Below, in pieces: positions 1 through 14,689 of a DNA stretch of 64,000 nucleotides. Each line of letters begins with the position of its first letter. Position 1 is the first letter of the stretch. A program made the position numbers and the translations under genes. The DNA is from Octopus sinensis (Eukaryota): assembly GCF_006345805.1 (NCBI RefSeq), contig NC_043013.1, positions 21,700,001 through 21,764,000 on the forward strand, read 5' to 3'. The notes beneath the pieces were generated by a model. The model was not told the origin of the DNA, did not search any database, and saw only the letters and a list, made by a program, of their open reading frames with translations.

Positions 1-121
1 CCGTTATCACATTCCTCTACGTCTGCATTTCAAATTTGGTCGAACTCGATTTTATCATTTATCCCAGCAGAGTCGGTAAAATAAGAATCAGTCATACAGT
101 TCAAACGGCTGTTGCCAGTTC

Positions 122-132
122 ATGCATGCATG

Positions 133-166
<34 letters not shown>

Positions 167-595
167 TGTATGTATGTATGTATGTATGTATGTATGTATG
201 TATGTATGTATGTATGTATGTATGCATGTATGTATGTATACATATATGTATGTATGCATATATGTAGGTATGCATGTATGCATGTATGTATGTATGTATG
301 TATGTATGCATGTATGCATGCAAGCATGTATATATGTATGCATGCATGCATGTATGTATGCATGCAGGCATGTATGTATGTATATACGTATGTATGAATG
401 TATGTATGTATATACGTATGTATGTATGTATGTATGTTTGTATGTATGTATGCATGCAGTGCAGGAGTATGTGTGTATGCATGCATGCATGTATGTATGT
501 ATGTATGTATGTATGTATGTATGTATGTATGTATGTATGTATGAATGTATATATGTATTTATGTATGTATGTAGGTATATATGCATGCATGCATA
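122..595. repeat. (TATG)n/(CATG) microsatellite
   Basis: Direct tetranucleotide run; explains the MYVC/HTYI ORFs in the ORF track. Confidence 0.97.
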
Positions 596-1429
596 TATTT
601 TACGACATGTATGGTCAGTATTGCAATTCTTTTTTTTTCACAGCAAAAAACTATCTTAACTATTCGATAACCTGAAAGAAATCGTGGGGCTTCTGAGTTT
701 ACGATCAAATTTCTATTAGATTTCGTTTTCCCGTATAATTGATTTCGTATTTTGGTTTAACCTATTCTTCGTTTAACCTGTAATTATAAGTTGCAAGGAA
801 GTTGCTGAAAAAGAAAAGATTTTAATTTCGCATTATAATCCTTGATAAAGACAGTTTAGATCAGCCGGCTTAAATAGTTCCTGACGCCCCAGAGCTAAAA
901 CTCAAATTAACAATCATGTTACCTAAGATTTTTGGTGCTTTCTTACATTGGAATTGACTTACAATAATTCTCGTGAAATGTTTACTATAATCTTTCAGAA
1001 AAGTTTTCCATGTTACTTTCCTCAATTTGCTTTATTTTTCGTTTTTTTTTTAGTTTGAATAACAAATCATTTCACTTTTTAAAAGAAATCAATCAAATGC
1101 AATTATTTTATCTCATATATTATTTAGATGATGGGTAAGAAGCGTAAATGATTCGGTTGACTGCTTCTGGTATTTAGTTAAGACCCGTTACGTTTTGAAA
1201 CAAAATGCTGTCCAGGGTAACTTAGTGTCCCATTCTTTGAAGGTCGATAAAATAACACCCAATTGCTTCATTGGTACTCAAGTAAATTTAATAATCTTAT
1301 AAATATTCAAATGTGTGAATGGATTTCTAAGAGAAGACTAATTTGAAAGGAAAAACGTTAGCAATAAAAATAAATTAACAAAAGAAATAACTGAATTAAA
1401 TTGATTTTATTCACAAAGAAATACACATT

Positions 1430-1647
1430 TTATTTTATATAATTATTATTAGCAAACGTGATCAGTTTCTTTAGTAAGCACTTAGTGTTAGTATATGAAA
1501 AGGCGGTACATGTAGAAGATATCGTACATAAACGTGAACAATCCAAGACCGAGCGGGCATCCATTTGGACCTCGGTTATGAGGTTCTGATATGGATTTTG
1601 TTTGAAGGAAAATGTTGATTAAGATGTCTGGCCATTAATTTCTTTTT
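1430..1647 (-). pseudogene. PAN/apple-domain exon C copy 1, inactivated
   Basis: Acceptor ...ttttctattgtag|AA AAA GAA at 1647 (phase 1). Translates EKEINGQTS*STFSFKQNPYQNLITEVQMDARSVLDCSRLCTISSTCTAFSYTNTKCLLKKLITFANNNYIK*. Premature TAA at 1619-1621 where the other copies have TAT. Confidence 0.8.
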
Positions 1648-3205
1648 CTACAATAGAAAAAAAAAAGCAAGAGAAGGCACAAGAAATATAAGGACATACA
1701 TTAAATTATTGCTCTTCATTGGAAGGTACAAGGGAAAGGAAAGGATATGGTCTATTGATTCGATAGATCGACTTCATTAATGTTCCGTTTGGACATCTTT
1801 AGGGTAGTGAGAGTAGGGAGTGAGTTTCTGAGTTTTTCATAATCTAGAAAGGAAGGATTGGGATTAATAATTGATGCGGGATGTGATCTGGTTGGTGTAA
1901 TAGCATGTATGACGGGAGAAGGAGAAGGGACATGTGGCTGGGTATCTCGGGGAGAGGAATTATAAATTTACTGCTAATATATTTAACTAAGAATTAGGAC
2001 TCTAAGTAGAAGAAATAATGCGATGAAGAAGAGAGCGACATTAATTTCTCTTATTTTTTCGACAAGAACTGGAGACAGAAGATCAATGAATTAAAGATGA
2101 GAAACGAGAAAAAGAAAAATGCACACAAAAAATAAGCAAAAATAGGTCTTACCGTCAACGAAATAATAAGAGTCGAAAACTCTTATACCACATCCTACAG
2201 AGTTAATCTTGTCCAGTGTATTTGACTGTTTGAAATCGTTCCAAAGTTCTGAAATGGAATAAAAATAGTTTCTTATTCTTCAGATGGTCTTAATATATTC
2301 GTGATTCCTTTAATATTAATCAAGAAATCCTAATCTCTTTAATGCAATCGACTTCCCTATTTATATAAGACCATTTTATATAAGAAATCATTACTTCTTT
2401 AATATATGTTGAGTTTTATTTACTATCAGTTATTTCTAGTAATAACACAAGGCCTCAGATATGAAGGGACATACGTTTATAAAGATCCTAGCTACTTTCG
2501 AAATGTACTTCAAACATGTCTTTATATGTATAACGGTATAATTGTAACGGGAAAGGCGTAACAGGCACGATGTAGCAAGTTGTCTGTAACACATAGAGAT
2601 GTGACAAGTTGGCGAAAGACTGTGCATTGCTTAGATAACATTTCTGGATGCACTGCAATGAACTGCTGAAAGGTATTTCACACTTACTGTAGAATTTACT
2701 TACGCGGTTCTGCAACTGCGACGAGTGGGAAGTAAACACAAAATTTAGTTAGTTTTGATGGATAATCTATTACCATGGTAGTTGTTAATAGTGAACCCTA
2801 ACTTGAGTAGGGTAAATGGGGCAAAGCTCCCGAAAAGGTGCCATAGTTAACTCTTTGGAAGTTGCAGAGGAAAGAGAATATTTTTCTTTTGGTATCTCGA
2901 ATTTATTGCAGTACTAAAGTCAAGTCAGACCATTGACAATAGACCGGAATGGGTCAACAAGATTACACTCTGTCTCATCTAAAATGGTGGCGAATTAAAT
3001 AGGTAAAACGAATGAATTCTAAACACAAATGGCGAGAACAATATAAACAAGCGTGAAGGCCGAGGTTTCGATTCTTGGTAAGGAGTCCGGTGTACATGTC
3101 TTACAAATATAATTAGTCCGCATTGGATTTGGAAAAAATGATTTTTTCTGGAACAGCTCAGAGAAGCGTTTAGAATAGATCGGAATGAATTTTAATATGT
3201 TGTCT

Positions 3206-3270
3206 GCAATGCTAAAGCGGCGGACTGGCCGAATCGTTAGCATGCCGGACGAAATGCTTTTCGTATTGTC
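3206..3270 (+). mobile_element. 5' fragment of tRNA-derived SINE (ggcgg..tggccgaatcgttagc head)
   Basis: Same head as 14030 and 48350; also present in duplicate at ~57127. Confidence 0.6.
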
Positions 3271-4629
3271 TATTTACCTTTGTGAAGAGGTTCGTCAATC
3301 CTTTTAAAATATCAAAATCAATAATAATGATTACAATAATAACAACAACAAGAACAATAATAATAATAATAATGATAATAATAATAATAATAATGATGAT
3401 GATGATGATGATGATGATGATAATGGTAATAATAATAATAAAGAGCGCTAGCCTTGACAGCGGCTGCACTGACGAGTCAGTAGCCGAAGACACAGAAACA
3501 CTAAGACAACCCGGCAGAACAACTGAAATATAACTTTTGGTAATTGGAACATCTACAATCTCTTGTGAGCATTTCAAAATCTCCCCCACCACCCCATAAG
3601 GCTAGAAACTTACACATCTTCAATTTTCTCTGGGTGAACACACAAACGGTCATCTTTAAAAAACTTTTAAAACGTTAATATTTACAACTTCTATGAAAAC
3701 CTATTCTCTCCTTTCTCCTTGAATATTCAAAAATAAAAACACCCTTTTTATTGCAAGAACGCTACAAACGGTCATCTTGAGAAAATTTAAAACTTTAATA
3801 TCTACAATTTTCTATGAAAATTTTACCCTTCTGTTCACCCTGACTACTCAAATATGTAAACGTACCTTTTATAGCCACAAATTAAACGCACGAAAAAAAT
3901 TAAGGAGAGAAGCACCTGCCAATACATACAAACTGCACAATTACGAAAACTATAAACCACAGAAAAACCTACAGAAAGCAAAGGAAAATTCAAAAATATC
4001 CACCCCACCTTCAAGCTGCTCCTCTTTCTCCTACTATCGCCTCCATCCTTCACATATTTTTGCTAATCTCAAGTACAAGATAAAAGTGGAAACTAAACAA
4101 CATTTAATAATTCCACACAGTAGTAGGAGCAAAGATGGCATCACGAGACGGTTACAATGCCGGTGATTGTAGGAGCCCTTGGGACGATAAAAAAATGAAC
4201 AGAAGATAATTTGAGAATGATCCCTGGACTACCACCCATGCAGGAAGTTCTTAAACTATATATAAAATGTATTTCTGTAATTATTAAACTGTACTTTTTA
4301 TAGCGGTTAAAAGAACATGAAAATATATTTAATATACATGCCAGCTAATGTTCGTTAGCGTTCCAGAAAGTATATTTCTCTATGGCGTTTATATAGCTGT
4401 AGTTAGGACTGCGTATAATGATAACACTTAAGTTATAAGTGACGGTCTTATCATTATATATCCCTACTTTAAAAGCTAAATAATTTTATCTATTTCCAAA
4501 TAGGAAACATAATAAGTAGCGTTGCATTAACTGTAAACAAACTAACTAGAAAATATATGCTATAAAATATAAAATAAGAGAAACTTGGTAGCCATACCGC
4601 TATACAAGCACCCAGATGTAGCTGAATAA

Positions 4630-5690
4630 TATACTGGCTGAAAATAACCAGCATGTTGTTAATTTGGGGTCCTAGTCTGTCTATGAGGAAGCTATCTTCA
4701 TAGACAGACTAGGGCCCTAGTATTTCAGACGACTGAGGTTGGTGTTGCGCTCAAAATTGATTGGACAGTATAAAATCCAAGCAGTCGATACGTGGGCGAT
4801 AGCATCACTTCGGTATGGAGTGGGAATTATAAAATGGCAAAAGAGAGAAATGAAGAATACCAAGACCAGAAACACTTTGACAGTGCACGGAGCTTTCCAC
4901 CCTAAGAGTGACACTTGTCCAGAAGAAAGGATGGGAGTGGCTTGATCAGGTACTAGGACTGTATCGAAGCAGAAAAAAAAACAGCCTAGGGTGGAATATA
5001 CAAAATGTTGTGAAACCATTCTTGAAACACAGGAAGGATGGCATCATCGACACTGAAAATTGTGTAACTAAAGAGAACTTTAAGCAAAAAATGAACGAAA
5101 AAAGAAAAAGCATCTAAGGTAAAGAAAATGTACGGTCATTTTGCAAGAGATGTGAACGCCAAGACATGTACAGAGAGGACTGGTGGCTATGAATGAGGAG
5201 GAGTAACCTGAAGATAGAGACAGAAGCACTAATATGCCCAAAATTGACATAACGCTTATACAAAAGATGTCATGACGATGTGGCACGAATAACCCATTAG
5301 GAGTTCTGTGGAAATCAAGGCCTACAAAGAGCAAAGACGTTGAGCAAACGCCTGAAGGGGTCATCGAAAATGAGAATTGCAAAATCTTGTCAGATGCAAT
5401 GATCCAAGGAAATCACCTGACCAGATATCAGAAACCAGACATCGTTATAGTGAATTTTTATATGGAAGAACATGTATAATAATCGGAACAGAATGCTTGG
5501 GTTACAACAGGATCAATTTGAAGTGAGAAATACGAAGTTTGTGGCCAATGAAGAGAGAAGTGATAGCAATTATAATTGGTGCACTTGGAAATATCAACAC
5601 TGTACTGCCAGCATGGCTGAAAAAGACTGCTGCAAGTGTGAATATAGAACACCTACAAAAGTCAGCATTGCTTGGGACTGATATCTTCCA
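4630..5690 (+). mobile_element. Degenerate 3' half of R4/Dong-like (RLE) non-LTR retrotransposon
   Basis: Peptides YKIQAVDTWAIASLRYGVGIIKW, HGAFHPKSD, KPDIVIV and IIIGALG...LQKSALLGT match the RT C-terminus and RLE domain seen intact at 61268-62743; many frameshifts. Confidence 0.8.
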
Positions 5691-5809
5691 CACTGGTATA
5701 GCAGAGCCGACATTTTTCATCACAGCATGGAGGTTTGGGGCTATCTTTGTCCCTCTTGTTCATCGAGTATTTAGTAGATATCTGTACGCATGAGTGTGTG
5801 CGTGTGCAT

Positions 5810-6117
5810 TTATTATGTATGTATGCGTGCGTGCATCTATATATGTATGAATGCAAGTATGTATCTACGTATGTATGTATGCATGCATGCATCCGTGTAT
5901 GTATGTATGCAAGTATGTATGCATGCATGTATGCATGTATGTATCCATCCATCTGTTTATGCATGTATGTATGTATGTATGTATGTATGTATGTATCTAT
6001 CTATCTATCTGTCTATCTGTCAATCTGTCTGTCAGTCAGCCTATCTATCTATCTAGCTATCTGTCTATTTGTCTGTCTGTCTATGTATGTATGTATGTAT
6101 GTATGTATGTATGTATG

Positions 6118-6171
<54 letters not shown>
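5810..6171. repeat. Compound (TATG)n/(TCTA)n microsatellite
   Basis: Direct; homologous arrays at 25480-25745 and 60360-60531. Confidence 0.95.
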
Positions 6172-6359
6172 ATTTGGTATTGAGTCCGTACCTTTATATG
6201 ACGTTGGACTTAACCAATGATAGAGCCAAGTAAATCGAAGTCCTGACCTCAATATAACAGACTAACACATTTTTGAAGGTGGTGCCTTAGTCTTGTCCAA
6301 CTGACTGTGTATAATTCCAACAAAATAAATAAATAAAAACAAGAAAATGACGCCCTTAC

Positions 6360-6596
6360 CTCTGTTTATTTCGGTGTAAGTCCAATCCTTGTAAAAACGC
6401 AATTCAGCAGTTCTATTATCTTCAGATAACAACAGGCATCCTTGGTCATTAAATTTATAGTCAAACGACCGGCAATTTGGCATTGCTTCGCAATGAAGCA
6501 GACATTTCGTGTAACTGATGTCAGTAAAGTAACCCAAGCTATCAAAGGTACTCGAAGGTATACTAGCTTTGTCAATAAAATCTAAAGGACATCTTC
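6360..6596 (-). CDS. PAN/apple-domain exon A, copy 1 (internal, phase 1-1)
   Basis: Acceptor ttttcttcttcttacag|GA, donor AGA G|gtaagg; 237 nt open. (G)RCPLDFIDKASIPSSTFDSLGYFTDISYTKCLLHCEAMPNCRSFDYKFNDQGCLLLSEDNRTAELRFYKDWTYTEINR(G) has the PAN motif C-x3-C-x5-C-x-S-F-x-Y...C-x-L. Confidence 0.85.
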
Positions 6597-6778
6597 CTGT
6601 AAGAAGAAGAAAATAGGTAAATCAATGTTGTCTTTTGTTGTTTTTCGTAATGGTGGTGGAACTGTTTCACGTTGTATAGCTTTATTATTTATGAATAATG
6701 AGAAATAATAAATAGATAAATTTTCTACTCTTTAATAGACATGAATATTGTGATAATATTGTGGTGATAAAAGAGATG

Positions 6779-6845
<67 letters not shown>

Positions 6846-7555
6846 GATTTAACCACTAATTTTCAAATAGGGGGTCTCTTTTATCATCATTAGCAACAGT
6901 AGCAGCCTCAGTAGTTGTAGCAGCAGCAATAAATCTTTTATTTTTATTTTATTTTATTTATTTTTTTTTTTTTAATGAAAACTTATTAATAATTTAACTT
7001 TACTTGAAAAGAAAATTTCTAACAGTACACCGAATCGCTTGTCCAATGGTTATAAAGGAAGCACGCCCGTCAGGAGGCTGCCAGCCTGATGGCAAAATAT
7101 TTTCAATATTGAATTTGTTTGTACTGGCAGTCTGAACGGGTCATCTGAGGTGATAAGTCGCCAAAGGGTATTTTCTTTCTTTTTAGTGCTTCCAAATCCA
7201 AAATAAGAAATGTTGAGCTGACGAAAGAAATGCTGAGTTTATTTGGCTAATCTAGAAACGTTAACGTTCTCAAATAATCTTTGTACCTGTGATATTTTTC
7301 TGTTTTTACCTCCATACCTTCGTGAGTTATTTTGAGTAAACATTATCTGAGAGAAATTTTCTTTAAGTAGTGGAAATGGCAAAAACACTTTTTTGGCTGC
7401 TATTTCTAGCAAGTTCAGTATGTGGCAAAGTAATTTATTTTACTAAGCCCTAATTATATAATGTAATATTTTGAATTCGCCTTAAATGGTCCTTTTACAT
7501 ACTGAATACTTGGTGAAATTGATTAATAACTAATTAATTTTACCCTCAATTGTTG

Positions 7556-7642
<87 letters not shown>

Positions 7643-8159
7643 CACATACAAACATAAATGCATACATATTTATATTGAAAATGCGAGCAAGAGAAATAAT
7701 ATTCTTAAGATTATAAACCTGGAAAATTACAGGAAAATTCATTAGACATGAAAATATTTGGATTTAGAAAATATTAGCTTTTATTAAAACTAAAAATTTC
7801 ATTACAGGTTATTACTTCTATTTGTGTGTGCGTGTTACTTATATGAAAAATTAAAATTAACTCAAAATATTTTTTGAACTTTAAAACATATTCATTTTCA
7901 AAATTATTAATTAATAATTAGAATGTTGAAAATAGTAGAATATAATTAGTACAATAAATAGAACAATACAAAATTAGTTATATATTGCTGTAAAATCTAC
8001 CTATAGCTACAAATCCACAGTAAAATTTGCTGGAGTTATTGCCTGAGTTATTGCCAAGTCTTCCCATTTTTAGTCTTGACCCAATGCCTATTTTTCACAT
8101 GAGGAATTTGCCTACCATGTATACTATTTTATTTTGTATAAAGCTTTAGTTATATACTC

Positions 8160-8381
8160 TCTCTTTTACTCTTTTACTTGTTTCAGTCATTTGACTGCAG
8201 CCATGCTGGAGCACCGCCTTTAATCGAGCAAATCGACCCCGGGACTTATTCTTTGTAAGCCCAGTACTTATTCTATCGGTATATTTTGCCGAACCGCTAA
8301 GTGACGGGGACGTAAACACACCAGCATCGGTTGTCAAGCAATGCTAGGAGGACAAACACAGACATAAAAACACACACACAC

Positions 8382-8458
<77 letters not shown>

Positions 8459-8624
8459 TACGACAGGCTTCTTTCAGTTTCCGTCTACCAAATCCACTCA
8501 CAAGGCATTGGTCGGCCCGGGGCTATAGCAGAAGACACTTGCCCAAGATGCCACGCAGTGGGACTGAACCCGGAACCATGTGATTCGTAAGCTAGCTACT
8601 TACCACACAGCCACTCTTGCGCCT
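8160..8624 (-). mobile_element. tRNA-derived SINE with internal (TA)n
   Basis: Reverse complement gives A-box (gtggctgtgtggtaag) and B-box (ggttcagtccc) head; near-identical copy at 18905-19331. Confidence 0.85.
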
Positions 8625-8863
8625 ATTGGGACTTCTGTTTCTCTGTATTCAAGCGTATCAATATTTTAACAAAATGATAGTACCTTTTTTTTTATCAAAA
8701 TCAAATAAATTTTAATATTCACATTTTATCCTTAGCTGCAATATTTTAAGTAATTTTTTTTATGCTTTTTACCATATATAATAAGTTGTCTTGAACTTTT
8801 CCAAGTGTAATAACTTGTCCTGTAATTTTTCAAGTTTATAATCTTAAGGATATTGAAAAATAG

Positions 8864-9424
8864 AGATAAAGAAATAATTGTATTCTCAAACGTAGGATAA
8901 TGCTAACAACATAGCATTAGTAGGATAAACTATCCATATTTTGTAGAAAAATCTGTTGGCGACCAGCCATGAGACTCGAACTCACATACCTATGACTACG
9001 CGGTAAGGGCTTTACCATTAAGCTAAACTGCCGAGCGACAAGTGCTTCTCCAATTTTCGGATATTTACTTCTAGCTTTATAAGACGCTATCATACAGATG
9101 AAGAAATAATCTTATTCTCAAACGCATGGTGATGCTAATGATATAGCATGAACTGGAGAAATTAGCCATATTCTGTTTCTTGACTTTCAACTTATGTTGT
9201 ATTATACGTAAGATAGCGTCTTTTAAAGCTAGATTTATACATCCTAAAATTGCAAAAGAATTCGTCGCTTGGCAGTTTAACTTAATGGTAATCACAGGGA
9301 TGTGAGTTCGATTCTCATGGCTGGCCAACGACAGATTTTTCTAAAGAAATATGGATAGTTTATCCTATTCGTGCTATGTTATTAGCATTAACCTGCGTTT
9401 GAGAATAAAATTATTTCCTTATCT
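8864..9424. repeat. Inverted repeat (arms ~8864-9091 and ~9212-9424) containing a tRNA-like segment
   Basis: The arms are reverse complements of each other. Left arm 8963-9032 (-) reads GGCAGTTTAGCTTAATGGTAAAGC...GAGTTCGAGTCTC (A and B boxes) with imperfect acceptor and anticodon stems. Confidence 0.75.
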
Positions 9425-10260
9425 TTCAATTCATCTCATCGCTTCTAAACCAAACATTGTTGACTTTCAATGTATTTTGAATCTAAATTAAGAATATTAT
9501 TTCTCTTGCTCACATATTTTGCATGTAATCCATGTTTTTTCAAGGCTATGCTGCTATTACGCTAATTAATAATGTGTCAATTAGTGGTGTCGTTTATAAT
9601 GTTTTTCCTTACCTCAGCGACGCCGGTAACATATATCATAAGTCTCCTTATAGAACCATATTCATAAAAATGTATAGATCTATACTATCACACTCAAGTT
9701 TAAGGAACACACATTCATAACATTTTTGTAGAAAAAAGAAATTTCAATGCATAAAATCGATTTCACGAAATCCCTCGAACTGATAAAAACAAATGAATAA
9801 AGTAAAATAAAATTTAATTAAACGAACGTGAATAAACAGGGGATACTGATAATGAATAATGCAGTTACCATACACACACTTACAAAACATAGACACACAC
9901 AGGGATATACACATGCGCAAATAAAGACACATACAACAGGAATACAAAATAGCAGATCGTTAGGAAGGAGAGACACAAAAAAGAAAAGAAGAAAGCAAAG
10001 GATCACTGATGAGGTGACAGAAGTGTGACGAAAGAACTCTGACCGAAATAAGATTAATATGAAATAAAGCTGAAGTAAGCGAGCACCAAATATATAGTGC
10101 ACGTATTTTCATTGGCTAAACTGACAATATGACATCCCCAAATACAACATCTGTTTCAACAAACGAATTCACATCAAGAACGTTGCAAAACAATTATATA
10201 CATACATACATACATACATATATATACATACATACATACATACATACACACAGACATATG

Positions 10261-10342
<82 letters not shown>

Positions 10343-10404
10343 CATGTGTGCGTGTGTCTGTTTATCCCTCATCGCTATGTGACAAGCAGTATTGGCATAT
10401 TTAT

Positions 10405-10560
10405 ATCCCTGTAACATAGCAGTCCGACAGTAAGGAACCGATACAATAAGTACCAGGCTTATAAAACAATAAGAACTGGGGCCGATTCATTCGACTAAAG
10501 CTCTCTAAGGTGGTGCCCCAGCATGGCTACACTTTAATGAATGAAACAAGTAAAAGATAA
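10405..10560 (+). mobile_element. 3' part of SINE (same tail family as 8160)
   Basis: aaccgatacaataagtacc...ggtgccccagcatggc...gaaacaagtaaaagataaaa is the reverse complement of the 8160-8290 tail. Confidence 0.7.
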
Positions 10561-11368
10561 AAAGAAGAAATTCCTTATTTTTGCGGTTTTCTTACAGGAT
10601 TCCAACAATTTTATCATTTTGGAAATGATTGTGAAATTTCTTCGCGTAGCGCTAGTTTTCTACAGAATCATTTTATAGAGAAAACATCGTATTTATACAC
10701 AATCACTAAATATTATTATGGAACACATTAAAACTGCCATTGAGTTTGATTTTAAAAGAAAACTGGAAATGTGTGGAGAGAAATGTAAGAATATTCAGCT
10801 TACCAAAAATTGTGGACAACCTGCGAAATAGTTTGAGCATTTTGAAACGTTGAAAGTCTTGAAACTGCAGAGCGAATCGTTGAGTGTCGAGTGCCTGAGA
10901 GGAAATTGTAAAAATATATTCTCTCGACATCGCCGTCTGTTTTATATTGGTCTGAAGGATATTTGTATTGCGTCTTTGGTGGGGAGGAGGGCCTCATCAT
11001 CATCATTAGTTGTAGTGGTAGTTATAGTAGTAGGAACAGCTGCAGCAGTATCCTAACTACTATGAAGACGATGGTGATTCACACAGGTACGAAGATGATG
11101 ATAGTGATTATGGTGGTGGTGGTGATGATGATGGTGATGATGATGGGGATGAGGACAAGGATAAGGCCAGTGGGGTGGGGGTGGATTACCGCATAATCAA
11201 TAAAACAAAACAACGGAAGCAGCAGCCAAAATGCAGACGGCTACTACTACTACTACTATTACTACTACTACTAATACTAATACTACTACTACTGCTAAAG
11301 CGTTGTACCAATAAAACACTGGGATCGATGTAATCGACTGGGCCGTGCGTCTATAGAAGAAAGGAACA

Positions 11369-13710
<2,342 letters not shown>

Positions 13711-13739
13711 GCGCGTCTTCTTCCTTATTATTATTATTA

Positions 13740-13816
<77 letters not shown>

Positions 13817-13927
13817 ATTCAGTAGTTTTATTTTTATAGCGTGCTTTCACTTCTCTACCGAGCGCAGCTCTGTGTGCCTTTGGTATTTCCTGTGATTTGT
13901 TGTGATGCTCTGATGGTTACTGTATTG

Positions 13928-13930
<3 letters not shown>
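13817..13930 (-). mobile_element. Severely 5'-truncated 3' tail of the same Dong-like LINE
   Basis: cagtagttttatttttatagcgtgctttcact... matches 11485-11600 and the reverse complement of 62740-62840; (TAA)n on both sides. Confidence 0.8.
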
Positions 13931-14007
<77 letters not shown>

Positions 14008-14029
14008 GTTATTATTATTATTATTATTA

Positions 14030-14160
14030 AAGCGGAGAGCTGGCAGAATCGTTAACAAGGCCAGGCGAAATGCTTGGTCGTATGTCGTCTGCCAATACAT
14101 TTTGAATTCAAATTCCGCCGGGGTCGACTTTGCCTTTCATCCTTTCGGAGTCGATTAAAC
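14030..14160 (+). mobile_element. tRNA-derived SINE
   Basis: gcggagagctggcagaatcgttaac...ttcaaattccgccggggtcgactttgcctttcatcc (A/B-box-like head). Confidence 0.75.
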
Positions 14161-14689
14161 ATGTACCACTTATCATCATCATCATTATTAATATTGAGTG
14201 AGAAAGCAGTGCATACCATCAAAGTGACACTGGAGTGAAATATATGAAGCCCAATATACCCATCATGACTACCCGTCTGATAAGGGTACACCAGGCACAT
14301 GCGTCACGACCATATGTGCGCGACATAGCGATCTCATATCAAGATAAACAACGCGTTACCTTGCATGTGGGCTCAGTTAGAATTTTTTTCAGATCTAGTA
14401 ACCCATCCCACTGAAAAGGTCCCTGAATAAGGTTTGTTTAAGAATGATGAACAAAACACCCATCTTTCTAGAGGTGCCCATATTGTCAGCCATTAAAGGA
14501 CATGCTCAACTGTTTAAGATCAAACAACTGACAAGCAAATCTGTGATATTGAGCAGAATATTTGATGTAGCCATTCTTTTTATACCTGGACAAAACAATG
14601 TACAAGATGACACTTCCAGTCAGTTACGATCAGAAGCCATGAGATTATTATTGCTGAGTGTCTTCCTGGAACATACGACAGAGAAACCT

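Larger units (their letters stand above)
1..6845. repeat. Segmental duplication copy 1 of the PAN exon A-C block
   Basis: 1-~130 matches 48618-48750; 597-900 matches 53878-54215; 1050-3020 matches 22620-24650; 2130-4190 matches 56040-58090; 5680-6840 matches 25350-26400 and 60200-61190. Confidence 0.92.

Noticed and set aside
36-675. Long ORFs such as [16 protein letters not shown] (also 5662-6183, 17700-17950, 25480-25764, 48487-49108, 60308-60593)
   Set aside because: Translations of (TATG)n/(TCTA)n microsatellites, which are stop-free in several frames.
3212-3592. Poly-Ile/Met/Leu/Asn hydrophobic ORFs (also 11369-11581, 13841-14158, 26265-26645, 57123-57539)
   Set aside because: (TAA)n/(TGA)n microsatellite translations, not transmembrane proteins.
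8963-9032. Functional tRNA gene
   Set aside because: A and B boxes are present, but the acceptor and anticodon stems do not pair canonically; treated as a tRNA-derived repeat.
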